Shown here one piece after another: positions 1 through 8,856 of a stretch of DNA of 64,000 nt. Location: assembly GCA_947259355.1 (NCBI GenBank), contig CAMYMF010000003.1, positions 25,085 to 89,084 of the forward strand. The letters run 5' to 3'. How positions within the stretch are numbered: the stretch's first letter is position 1; every line of letters starts with the position of its first letter. Source of the DNA: an uncultured Nitrospirota bacterium. GTDB lineage: Bacteria > CG2-30-53-67. The notes beneath the pieces were generated by a model, which had not been told where the DNA came from, did not search any database, and was given only the letters and a program-made list of their open reading frames with translations. The position numbers were made by a program, and so were the translations under genes.

Positions 1-1714
1 TCAGGCGGTCCTGCAGCTCTTTCAGGGAGCGGTTGGCCATCTCCAGGTCGGAGTAGACCTTGGCATTCTCAATGGCCAGACCAGCCTGGCTGGCAAAGAG
101 CTCCAGTCGCCGAAGGTCTTCATCCGTAATTTCACGTTTGTTATAAAGATTGTCCACAATAATCGCCCCCACCACGCGGTCTTGAGAAATCAGCGGCACG
201 GTGGCGAAACTTTCAAATCCCAGGACCTTCAGGATTTCCGGATTGACCCGAGAGTCCTCCTGCACATTCTTGACGTTGAACCCCTTGCGTTCGAGCACCG
301 TATGTGCCAGCACCCCTTTGCCGTAACCGATGGGAACACGGATCCCCTTAGCCAACTGGTCGAAACGGCTGGTGCGCTCCTCCCCTTGGAGGCCCACCGA
401 CGAAATCCAGTCCTGAAAGCTCATGTTCTTGGAGCCTATTTCGCTCCAGATGTGATACGCGTCCTCCCCGCTGTCCGGTCCAACACCGAGCATCCCCTGA
501 AGCGTGTTGGTCTTTTCGTTCACCAGGAGAAGAATGGCCCGATTGAAGTTTAATCCTCCCCCAAAGGTCACCGCCTTGAGGATGATCTTGAGGAGTTGGT
601 CCAGGTTCATGGTGGTGTTCATGGCCGTGCTGATCTCGTAGAGGATTTCAAAATCGTTTGCTCGCCGCTCGTTTTCCCGGAAGAGGCGCTCGGCCCGCTC
701 GAAATTGCGAGCGTTTTCCACCACGAGAGCGCCCTGGTTGGCCAGGGCCTGGAGCAGATCCATATCGCCGCGGTCAAAGGAAAGCATCGACCCGTTGGCA
801 TCTGTTTTGTCATGAAGGGTCAGCGTTCCAATGACCCGCTCCTTCACGATCAGCGGCACACAGAGCAGCGACGAGCAGACCTTTTCCGAGGGCAGCGCCT
901 CACCCGCCTGCTTGTCGAGCGCGTTGCGCATGGCCGCCTTGGCCTCCGACGCCACGCGGCCCGCCACCCCCTCTCCCAGACGGATGTGGGTGCGTGAAAT
1001 AGTCTCTGGATCCATGCAGAGTCCATACATGGACTTCACTTTGAGCAGCTCATCCTTTTCGTCCAGAAGACGGAGGATGGCGCCGCTGGCCCCGATCAAT
1101 TCGGTGCTGCGGCGAGTGATCATCCCAATGAGCTCTTCGAATTCAAAGGTGGCATTGAGCATGTTGCTGAAATCATACAGGGAACTCAGCTCACGGTACC
1201 GTTTGGTGGCATCGAGATAGAGCTGGGCATTCCGGACACTCCCGCTGATGCCGTCCGCGATGGAGCACAGCAGATGGACCTCATCTTCTGTGAACTCCCG
1301 CTCGGCGCGGGTCCAGACGTTGAGAACACCGAGGCATTTGCCCAAGTAGAGGATGGGGGCGGAAATCATGGAGCGATACTGCTCCTCGCCCGTGCCGGGG
1401 ATATACTTCATTCTGGCATCGCTGAAGATATCCTGCACGGCCGCCGGGGTTTTCTGCTGGGCCACCCACCCCGTAATGCCTTCCCCCAGATCGAGACAAA
1501 TACCGGCGATGCCCGCAGTGTTCAAACCGGACGCGGCTTTCAGGCTCAAACACTCGCGGCCCTTGCGCATGAGATAAATCGCGCAGGCATCCACCGTCAT
1601 CTTGGCAACGATTTCCTGAACCACCTGGTTGAGGCGTTCATGCAGGTCCAGGGTGGAATTGCTGATCTTCAGGATGTCCCGAAGGATGACAAACTCTATC
1701 TTGCTTTTTTCCAT
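1..1714 (-). CDS. Multi-GAF-domain sensor/regulatory protein, at least three GAF-like repeats; C-terminal part lies beyond the window start (partial)
   Basis: Translated by hand from the reverse strand. ATG at 1714..1712 (MEKSKIEFVILRDILKISNSTLDLHERLNQVVQEIV...), an open frame to position 1 with no stop, and three repeats of a GAF-like pattern (..GEGITGWVAQQKTP.., ..GEGVAGRVASEAK.., ..GKGVLAHTVLERKG..). Absent from the ORF track because its stop is outside the window. Starts 29 nt downstream of the glgA stop. Confidence 0.65.
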   Translation of the reverse strand, partial: MEKSKIEFVILRDILKISNSTLDLHERLNQVVQEIVAKMTVDACAIYLMRKGRECLSLKAASGLNTAGIAGICLDLGEGITGWVAQQKTPAAVQDIFSDARMKYIPGTGEEQYRSMISAPILYLGKCLGVLNVWTRAEREFTEDEVHLLCSIADGISGSVRNAQLYLDATKRYRELSSLYDFSNMLNATFEFEELIGMITRRSTELIGASGAILRLLDEKDELLKVKSMYGLCMDPETISRTHIRLGEGVAGRVASEAKAAMRNALDKQAGEALPSEKVCSSLLCVPLIVKERVIGTLTLHDKTDANGSMLSFDRGDMDLLQALANQGALVVENARNFERAERLFRENERRANDFEILYEISTAMNTTMNLDQLLKIILKAVTFGGGLNFNRAILLLVNEKTNTLQGMLGVGPDSGEDAYHIWSEIGSKNMSFQDWISSVGLQGEERTSRFDQLAKGIRVPIGYGKGVLAHTVLERKGFNVKNVQEDSRVNPEILKVLGFESFATVPLISQDRVVGAIIVDNLYNKREITDEDLRRLELFASQAGLAIENAKVYSDLEMANRSLKELQDRL

Positions 1715-1742
1715 AGCTTCCAACGTGTTGCTCACCGAGTTT

Positions 1743-3212
1743 TCACCGGGTCTGCTTGCGCTTCGCGCCCCGCCTGAGCAGCCGGTCATAGAGCTTTTCA
1801 TATTCTTGTGCGGAGCGCATCCAGGAGAAGTCGCAGGACATGGCGTTGTGAACCAGGCGCGTGAACCGCGGCCGATCGTCATAGATAGAAAGCGCACGGC
1901 GCACGGCACGCAGGAGCCGCTGGGGCGAATAGGTGAAAAACTTAAAACCGTTGCCCGTCCCCGTGTGGCGGTTGAAACTCACAATAGTGTCATCGAGCCC
2001 CCCTGTTCCCCGGACGATGGGGATGGTCCCGTACCTGAGGCTATACATCTGATTGAGACCGCACGGTTCGTAACGGGATGGCATCAGAAAAAAGTCGGCG
2101 CCCGCCTCGATGAGATGCGCCAGACTGTCGTCGTACGCAATCCGGATGCCCACATGCCGGGGATACCGATGGGCCAGAGTCGTTAGCTCGTTGCGGATCT
2201 TCTCGTCGCCGTCCCCCAGAACCACCAACCCAACATTCATTTGGGCCAAGGCGGGCCCGACGGCAGCGATGAGGTCAAAACCCTTCTGCGCCGTGAGGCG
2301 AGACACACACCCGATGAGGGGGCGCCCCATCCGCTGCGCCAGGCCGAAGCGCTTGAGCAGTTCGCGTTTACATGCCGCTTTGCCGGCAAGGTCTTCTGGA
2401 CCATATCGCTCAGGCAGGTGCGGATCGTCTGCCGGGTTCCACTGTGCGTAGTCCACACCATTGAGGACACCGAAGAGGTCGTGTGCCCTTTTCCGCAGGA
2501 CACCGTCCAGACCGAAGCCGAAGGGCTCGGTTTGAATCTCCCGTGCATATTTGCGGCTGACCGTGCTGAGAAGATCCGCAGAAATCAGGCCCGCTTTCAA
2601 AAAATTGATCTTGCCGTAAAACTCGATCCCCTCGGGCGTGAAATACTCCCATCCCAGCCCGGTGAGCGGCATATCGTAGTGCCAGAAGAGCCCCTGATAG
2701 CCGAGATTATGAATTGTCAAGAGGGATGCCACCTGCTCATATCGCCCCACCCCCGTGTAGGTCTTGAGGTAAAGCGCCGCGAGCGCACACTGCCAATCGT
2801 TCAGGTGAAGCACGTCGGGCCAGAAATCGAGGCCTTGCATCGTATCGAGAATGGCTCTCGAAAAAAAGATGAATCGCGAGGCATTATCGGGATAATCTCC
2901 TTCGGCTGTCCCATAGAGCCCGTCCCGATCAAAATAAGGATCGTAACGCACGAAATAGACGGGCACGCGCCCGGCCAGTCTCCCTTCAAAGAGGGCACCC
3001 ACGGCAATGGCATCACCGATCCGCACGGGAATTCTTGCACCCGTGTCGACCAGATCGGGCCCAGCAGGCGCCACGCAGCGGTATTTCGGCATCACCACCC
3101 GGACGTCGTGTCCCAGTTCATGCAGCACGACGGGAAGGCTTCCCGCCACATCGGCGAGCCCGCCTGTCTTGGCGAAGGGGAAGACCTCGGAGGCTGCAAA
3201 GAGGATTTTCAT
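1743..3212 (-). CDS. glgA: Glycogen synthase (ADP-glucose-type starch/glycogen synthase)
   Basis: 489 aa. N-terminal MKILFAASEVFPFAKTGGLADVAGSLP is the GlgA signature KTGGLADV; the length fits. Confidence 0.9.
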   Translation of the reverse strand: MKILFAASEVFPFAKTGGLADVAGSLPVVLHELGHDVRVVMPKYRCVAPAGPDLVDTGARIPVRIGDAIAVGALFEGRLAGRVPVYFVRYDPYFDRDGLYGTAEGDYPDNASRFIFFSRAILDTMQGLDFWPDVLHLNDWQCALAALYLKTYTGVGRYEQVASLLTIHNLGYQGLFWHYDMPLTGLGWEYFTPEGIEFYGKINFLKAGLISADLLSTVSRKYAREIQTEPFGFGLDGVLRKRAHDLFGVLNGVDYAQWNPADDPHLPERYGPEDLAGKAACKRELLKRFGLAQRMGRPLIGCVSRLTAQKGFDLIAAVGPALAQMNVGLVVLGDGDEKIRNELTTLAHRYPRHVGIRIAYDDSLAHLIEAGADFFLMPSRYEPCGLNQMYSLRYGTIPIVRGTGGLDDTIVSFNRHTGTGNGFKFFTYSPQRLLRAVRRALSIYDDRPRFTRLVHNAMSCDFSWMRSAQEYEKLYDRLLRRGAKRKQTR

Positions 3213-3275
3213 GATCGCTTCCGCGCCGGCTCACCGCCCGGGCTTCCACGCCGGTCGGTGGGACAGCCCTCTGAG

Positions 3276-4274
3276 TCAGACGCGGGCTTCCCGTAGAAAT
3301 TCCGCGGCCTCCTCTGGAGGGGTTGGATTGATGTAAAACCCCGAGCCCCATTCGAACCCCGCCACGCGGGTCAGTTTGGGCATGATCTCGATGTGCCAAT
3401 GGTAGTAATCATTGACCTCCTCTCCAATGGGGGACGTGTGTAAAATGTAATTGTAAGGCGGTACGTTAAGGGTCTTATCGATGCGCTTGAGAGTGTCCTG
3501 GAGAATCCATGCCAACGGCGCAACCTGGGAACGGGTCATCATTTCATAGGAAGAGGCGTGTCTCTTGGGCAGCACCCAGGTTTCAAATGGAAATCGCGGC
3601 GTGAAGGGCTCAATGGCAATATAGTGCTCGTTCTCGGACACCACCCGCGTACGCGTCTCCATCTCCTGATGCACGATGTCGCAATAGACGCACCGCTCCT
3701 TGTGCTGATAGTGCACCCGGGAGCCCTTCATTTCTTCCGCCACGCGCTTGGGAACGATGGGCAGCGCAATGAGCTGGGAATGGGAATGCTCGAGGGAAGC
3801 CCCGGCAGAAAGGCCTTCGTTCTTGAAGATCAGGATGTACTTGAAACGGGCATCCCGCTTGAGATCAACCATCCGCTCGCGATAAGCCCAAAGCATATCC
3901 TCCACCTTCTCCTCGGGAAGGCTGCTCAGCGTCTTTTCGTGATGGGGTGTTTCGATGATGACTTCGTGGGCGCCGATGCCGTTCATCTTGTCGTAGATGC
4001 CATCGGCCCGTTTGTGCAGATCACCCTCGATCTGCAGGGCAGGAAACTTGTTCGCCACCACCCGCAGGCTCCACCCCTCGGTGTTGGGCGCGGAATCGTT
4101 TTTGCGGAAGGCCAGTATCTCGGGAGGCGTGACTTTTTCATTGCCGGCGCAAAAAGGACAGAAGCCGCCGTTGCCCTTGTGAAGGGTCTCTCCGAAATCG
4201 GTGGGACGCTTGCCGCGATGCGTCGAGATAATCACCCACCGACCAATGATGGGATCCTTTCTGAGTTCCGGCAT
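3276..4274 (-). CDS. galT: Galactose-1-phosphate uridylyltransferase family (UDP-glucose--hexose-1-phosphate uridylyltransferase)
   Basis: 332 aa. CPFC zinc motif and HSHSQ active-site HxH motif typical of the GalT/HIT family; sits immediately upstream of glgA in the same orientation. Confidence 0.8.
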   Translation of the reverse strand: MPELRKDPIIGRWVIISTHRGKRPTDFGETLHKGNGGFCPFCAGNEKVTPPEILAFRKNDSAPNTEGWSLRVVANKFPALQIEGDLHKRADGIYDKMNGIGAHEVIIETPHHEKTLSSLPEEKVEDMLWAYRERMVDLKRDARFKYILIFKNEGLSAGASLEHSHSQLIALPIVPKRVAEEMKGSRVHYQHKERCVYCDIVHQEMETRTRVVSENEHYIAIEPFTPRFPFETWVLPKRHASSYEMMTRSQVAPLAWILQDTLKRIDKTLNVPPYNYILHTSPIGEEVNDYYHWHIEIMPKLTRVAGFEWGSGFYINPTPPEEAAEFLREARV

Positions 4275-4418
4275 AGGGCGCTCCCTGATTTCACAGACGA
4301 AAAACGCCTGTTTTTCAAATGGGTTAGCGATGGCTGGGACATGAAGAAATATACCATCTCCGTGTCAGAGGTGCAACACAAAACTTGCTGCCGAGGCTTT
4401 TCCGCTTGACACTGCAGA

Positions 4419-4988
4419 GTGCGAAGACGAGAATATGGGCGACGGAGCAGGCATGGGGTTGCTCCGCGATCAACGAATTCATCGGACAACCGGATGCGTC
4501 CTGGAAGCAAGAACCGCTCCCCTGTCTCAGCGGGCAGCACGCTCAAACGGGTCCTGCGTGAGTTGGGTGTCGACCGCATCATGAAACGTCACGCGATCTG
4601 GTCTGCCTGGGACCAGGTTGTGGGGGATCAAGTGGCCGCGCACACACACCCCGAGTTTCTCTCGGGCACGTGCCTCTTTGTGACGGTCGATCAGCCCACC
4701 TGGCTGCACCACCTCAACTTTCTCAAGGAGCAGATCCTCGAGAACATCCATCGCCGGCTCGGCTCCGATGAAATCAGCGAGATCCGTTTCCGGCTGGGCA
4801 TGCTGCCCGTGCCGGACGAAGCCCAGCGGACGGCTTCGCCCGCCCCGTGCGCTCCAGAGCCGAGTCCCCTCGTCCGGCAGGAAATCGACGCCTGTCTATC
4901 AAGGCCCCTGCCGGAGTCCCTAGAAACCGTGCTGCGGCGCATCCTGGCGAAGGATCTGGCACGAAAACCGCCCGATCGACGCCGCTAG
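4419..4988 (+). CDS. DUF721 / DciA-like protein; likely true start at ATG 4494
   Basis: Segment LKRVLRELGVDRIMKRHAIWSAWDQVVGDQVAAHTHPEFLSGTCLFVTVDQPTWLHHLNFLKEQILENI matches the conserved DUF721 (DciA) core. The N-terminal 25 aa of the ORF are Arg/Ser-rich and probably not translated. Confidence 0.6.
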   Translation: MRRREYGRRSRHGVAPRSTNSSDNRMRPGSKNRSPVSAGSTLKRVLRELGVDRIMKRHAIWSAWDQVVGDQVAAHTHPEFLSGTCLFVTVDQPTWLHHLNFLKEQILENIHRRLGSDEISEIRFRLGMLPVPDEAQRTASPAPCAPEPSPLVRQEIDACLSRPLPESLETVLRRILAKDLARKPPDRRR

Positions 4989-5052
4989 GCAGCGCTCCCC
5001 AGGCCCCTCGTGAGGGGGAAGCGACGCCACGACACGCAACACCCCGAAGGTT

Positions 5053-5973
5053 ATGACAGCAAAAAAACAGGACAGCATTCAGGAAAGCGAGATACCCACA
5101 CCGTCGGCATCGCTTGTCAAGAGTGATCCCCTGCAGCGCTACCTCGCCGAAATCAGGCAGCATGCGCTGCTGTCGCCGGAGGAAGAGCACCAACTCGCCG
5201 TTCGTTACTACGAAACGCAGGATGTGGAAGCAGCCCAACGGCTGGTGCTTGGCAATCTCAGGTTGGTGGTGAAGATCGCTTTCGATTTCGTTCGCTGGTA
5301 CCAGAACGCCCTTGACCTGATTCAGGAAGGCAATATCGGCCTCATGCAGGCCATCAAGAAATTCGACCCCTACCGGGGTGTCAAACTCAGCACCTATGCC
5401 GCCTGGTGGATACGGGCCTACATTCTCAAGTTCATCATGAACAACTACCGCATTTACAAGGTGGGAACAACGGCAGCCCAGAAGAAACTTTTCTATAAAC
5501 TCAACCAGGAATATGAGAAGCTTCGCGCCCTCGGGGACAGCCCCAGTCCCAAACTTCTGGCCGAGCGGTTTGATGTGCGCGAATCCGATGTCATCGAGAT
5601 GCAGCAGATTCTCGGCGATGAGGACCTCTCCCTCGATGCACCTGTGCGGGAGGATTCGGAGACACCGCTGTTGCAGCTGTTCGCCTCAGGAGAACGCCCG
5701 GTCGATGAGCGGCTCGCCGATGCAGAGTTGATGGCCCTATTTCAGGAGAAACTCGAGGCCTTCGCCGCCACACTGGAAGAGAAAGAGCGCGCGATCCTTG
5801 AACGCCGACTCCTGGCGGAAAAACCCGAAACCCTTCAGGAGATCGGTGAGAGCTTTGGGATCAGTCGGGAACGGATCCGGCAGCTGGAAAACCGGGTAAT
5901 CCGTAAACTCAAAGACTATCTTTCGCAATTCGATGAGTTCGCCGATATGGAAATCGGATCGGGCCGGCTCTGA
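5053..5973 (+). CDS. rpoH: RNA polymerase sigma-32 (heat-shock sigma factor RpoH)
   Basis: 306 aa sigma-70 family protein with region 2 (DLIQEGNIGLMQAIKKFDP), an RpoH-box-like TAAQKKLFYKLNQ, and a region 4 HTH (ETLQEIGESFGISRERIRQLENRVIRKLK). Confidence 0.8.
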   Translation: MTAKKQDSIQESEIPTPSASLVKSDPLQRYLAEIRQHALLSPEEEHQLAVRYYETQDVEAAQRLVLGNLRLVVKIAFDFVRWYQNALDLIQEGNIGLMQAIKKFDPYRGVKLSTYAAWWIRAYILKFIMNNYRIYKVGTTAAQKKLFYKLNQEYEKLRALGDSPSPKLLAERFDVRESDVIEMQQILGDEDLSLDAPVREDSETPLLQLFASGERPVDERLADAELMALFQEKLEAFAATLEEKERAILERRLLAEKPETLQEIGESFGISRERIRQLENRVIRKLKDYLSQFDEFADMEIGSGRL

Positions 5974-6054
5974 GTCGCTCTCAAATAAAACGTTCACCGG
6001 GGGCGCGTCTTTGGCCTCCGAGGACAATCCCCCGTGCCCTATTCAGAGCGGTCG

Positions 6055-6711
6055 CTACTGCTTCCAGACATGTATCTCCCGGGCGATATCCCGGTCCAGA
6101 GCCAGCGTCGTCTCCTCGAACAATATCACCAGCGCAGGCTGCTGTTGATGGACCGTCACCACCGCCCCAGGAAAGAGTCCCAGGGAGCTCAGCTGATCGA
6201 GTCGGGCATGGTCTCCGGTGGAGATGTAGGCCACCGCCCCCTTGTCGCCCGGCTGGAGGGTATCGAGGGTCCGAATCAGGCTTTCCAGCCGGGTGCGCCG
6301 CTCCGAACAGCAGGGACCGGGCGGAATGGGTTTGCCATGAGGGCACTCCCTTGGATGCCCCAGCAGGGTGCAAATGCTGTCGGTCAGCTCATCACTCAGG
6401 GCGTGCTCCAGATCGCACGCGGAGCGCTCCGAAGCCTCGTCACTTTTCAGGGTGAGCACATCGGCAATGAGACGCTCTGCAAGGCGGTGGCGCCGGATCA
6501 CCCGCTGGGCCAGCGTGTGACCCGCCGGGGTGGGTTGGACCCGCCCGTCGGCCGAAACGACAATGAGCTTCTCCGCCGCAAGAGCGTCGATCTGCTCGGT
6601 ACTGAGTGGGTGGGCCAGACGGCTCGCCTGCAGATTCTCCAACGTCAGCTTCCCTTTTTCCTCGAGGGTCCCGACCAACTCCATCGCTTCTTCCCGTTCC
6701 ATTCGATTCAT
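6055..6711 (-). CDS. DtxR-family metal-dependent transcriptional regulator with C-terminal FeoA (SH3-like) domain
   Basis: RRHRLAERLIADVL matches the DtxR dimerisation helix, and the C-terminal AVAYISTGDHARLDQLSSLGLFPGAVVTVHQQ is FeoA-like. The track ORF runs to 6861, but the ATG at 6711..6709 (MNRMEREEAM...) overlaps the feoB TGA in an ATGA arrangement, so 6711 is the preferred start. Confidence 0.65.
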   Translation of the reverse strand: MNRMEREEAMELVGTLEEKGKLTLENLQASRLAHPLSTEQIDALAAEKLIVVSADGRVQPTPAGHTLAQRVIRRHRLAERLIADVLTLKSDEASERSACDLEHALSDELTDSICTLLGHPRECPHGKPIPPGPCCSERRTRLESLIRTLDTLQPGDKGAVAYISTGDHARLDQLSSLGLFPGAVVTVHQQQPALVILFEETTLALDRDIAREIHVWKQ

Positions 6712-8681
6712 CGGAATACTCCCGAAAAGAGCGGCATCTCCCGCAGGATCATGTTCAGAACACCCCCTACCACCACAGCATAGACCAGAATAAAGCTCAC
6801 CATGTAGAGGGCTTTCTTCTTCCCGTGCTCTTTGATCATCACAAAGTAATTGGCCAAACACGGTACAAAGAGCACCATCACCGTCGTGCTCACCGTCAAT
6901 TGAACGAGGTCGAGCTCACCTTTCTCGGCCAGGCGGAAGAGGCCTGCGGAGCCGTAGTCCCGTCGCAAAAAACCGAGAATAAAGGCTTCCGCGGTACGGT
7001 CCGGAAGACCGAGAACCCCCTGCAAAATCGGTGCGATGGCACGTTCGATCCCGCTCAGCAGGTGCAGACGGCTCAGGACAAACAGGATGAAGGTGCCCAG
7101 CATAAACAGTGGCACCGCCTCTTTGAGAAACCATTTTACCCGGTGATACGTCTTGACCAGAATATTTGAGAATTGCGGGATTCTGAGCGGCGGAATCTCA
7201 ATGAGGAAATCGGAACTTCGGCCAGGCAGGACCTTGGCTGCAAGATACCCCACAATGAGCAGCTGCAACAGTACCGTCACCGCCACCACGATCAGCGCCG
7301 AGAGGGAAATCCCACCGAGCAGTCCCATGATGACCCCAAGTTGTGCAGAGCACGGCACGCCCAGCGCAAGAAGCAGCGTGGCGATGATTCGTTCCTTCTT
7401 GGTATCGAGGATGCGCGTCGTCAGGGTGGCCATGGTGTCACAGCCCAGACCGAGCACCATGGGGAGCACGGCGCGCCCGTTGAGCCCGATCTTCTTGAAG
7501 ATCTTGTTGCTCATGACGGTGAGCCTGGGCAGATATCCCGAATCCTCCAGCAGACCGAAAAAGATGAAGAAGAAACTGACCACCGGCAGCACGATGGCCA
7601 CGGAGTAGGTCAGACCGACGGAGAGTATGCCGTACTCCCCGACCAGAGCGTCCTGCACGAGGCGGAAGGGGAGCGCAACAGCCAGAACGCGAGAGATGAG
7701 GGGGGTGATCCATTCGCCAAAGACAACCGATTCGAGATAGTCTACACAGACTCCCGCACCGAAACGCCCGACGAAGAGGTACATGATATAGAGCAACATG
7801 AGCAGAATGGGTATCCCGTACCACGGATGCATGGCCCAGTTGCCGAGTTGCTCCCGCCGGCTGGAGCGGACAGGCTTTGCGGCGCGGACACAAGCCTGAA
7901 AGATTCGGTCTACCCACACCTGGCGCTTTTTCAGAATCCCGTACCCCAGCGGCTTGGGGTAGGCTTCCGCCGTCGCCGCAATGATCTCCTCAATCCGTGC
8001 CACCGGCAGATCCGCCTGAATCGCCTGCAACATTCCCAACAGCTTGCGGTCTCCTGCCAGCAGGGCGAGCGCAAGGAAGCGTTTGGACAGATGGCCCTCG
8101 GGAAGGAGCCCGTCCAGTTGTGCCACCCCCGCCTCGATGACCGGATGAAAGCGGACCGTCTCTTCACGATGGCGGAACTGTCCCAGGGATCGGCGGATCT
8201 GCCGAAGCCCCCGGCGCTCTGTGGCCACCGCAGGAATCACCGCCATGCCCAACATCTGCTCGAGACGTTCCGTGTCGATTCGAATGCCCCGTTCTTCCGC
8301 CTCATCATACATGTTCAAAACCAGGGTGATGGGAAACCCCATATCGGAGAGTTGGGAGTTAATCAGCAGCGCCCGCTTGAGGTTTTTCGCGTCGGCGATC
8401 TGCAGAATACCGCCCTCCGCCGTACTCAAGAGGATGCGCCGAGTGACCTCTTCATCTTCCGATTTGGGGATCAGGCTGTTCACACCGGGGCTGTCGATGA
8501 TCTTCAGGGTACCGCCGCCGGCGGGCGCCGCGATGATCCCTTCCACAACCTCCACCGATGTGCCGGGATAATTGGACACCGTCACATACTTGCCTGTTAA
8601 GAGGCCAAAAATGACACTCTTTCCCACGTTAGGGTTTCCCACCAGAATGACCGTCTGGGGTGTGTGCAGCTTCGAGGTCAT
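6708..8681 (-). CDS. feoB: Ferrous iron transport protein B
   Basis: N-terminal G-domain P-loop ILVGNPNVGKS followed by a large polytopic membrane domain. Preferred start MTSKLHTPQTVILVG at 8681; the track ORF extends to 8768. Confidence 0.85.
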   Translation of the reverse strand: MTSKLHTPQTVILVGNPNVGKSVIFGLLTGKYVTVSNYPGTSVEVVEGIIAAPAGGGTLKIIDSPGVNSLIPKSEDEEVTRRILLSTAEGGILQIADAKNLKRALLINSQLSDMGFPITLVLNMYDEAEERGIRIDTERLEQMLGMAVIPAVATERRGLRQIRRSLGQFRHREETVRFHPVIEAGVAQLDGLLPEGHLSKRFLALALLAGDRKLLGMLQAIQADLPVARIEEIIAATAEAYPKPLGYGILKKRQVWVDRIFQACVRAAKPVRSSRREQLGNWAMHPWYGIPILLMLLYIMYLFVGRFGAGVCVDYLESVVFGEWITPLISRVLAVALPFRLVQDALVGEYGILSVGLTYSVAIVLPVVSFFFIFFGLLEDSGYLPRLTVMSNKIFKKIGLNGRAVLPMVLGLGCDTMATLTTRILDTKKERIIATLLLALGVPCSAQLGVIMGLLGGISLSALIVVAVTVLLQLLIVGYLAAKVLPGRSSDFLIEIPPLRIPQFSNILVKTYHRVKWFLKEAVPLFMLGTFILFVLSRLHLLSGIERAIAPILQGVLGLPDRTAEAFILGFLRRDYGSAGLFRLAEKGELDLVQLTVSTTVMVLFVPCLANYFVMIKEHGKKKALYMVSFILVYAVVVGGVLNMILREMPLFSGVFR

Positions 8682-8856
8682 CTCTATGCGCCTTTCCACC
8701 AAGAGAACAAAGACTGGGAGCCTGCCATCGCGTCTGGTAGTGTAGTATAAAACAGAATCCCATGACAACTCGCTTTTGTCTTGTATTTTTGCGGTTCATT
8801 GCCTATGATTTGATCGGACCGGTCCGACGGCCTTACTTCCAACCCGAGGTGCTTTC

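Noticed and set aside
5003-5017. Hairpin cccct-cgtg-agggg just after the DciA-like gene stop
   Set aside because: No U-tract follows, so it is not a convincing intrinsic terminator. It may be incidental.
7173-8600. 475-aa plus-strand ORF inside feoB
   Set aside because: An antisense shadow of the clearly identifiable feoB; Arg/His/Gln-rich low-complexity translation.
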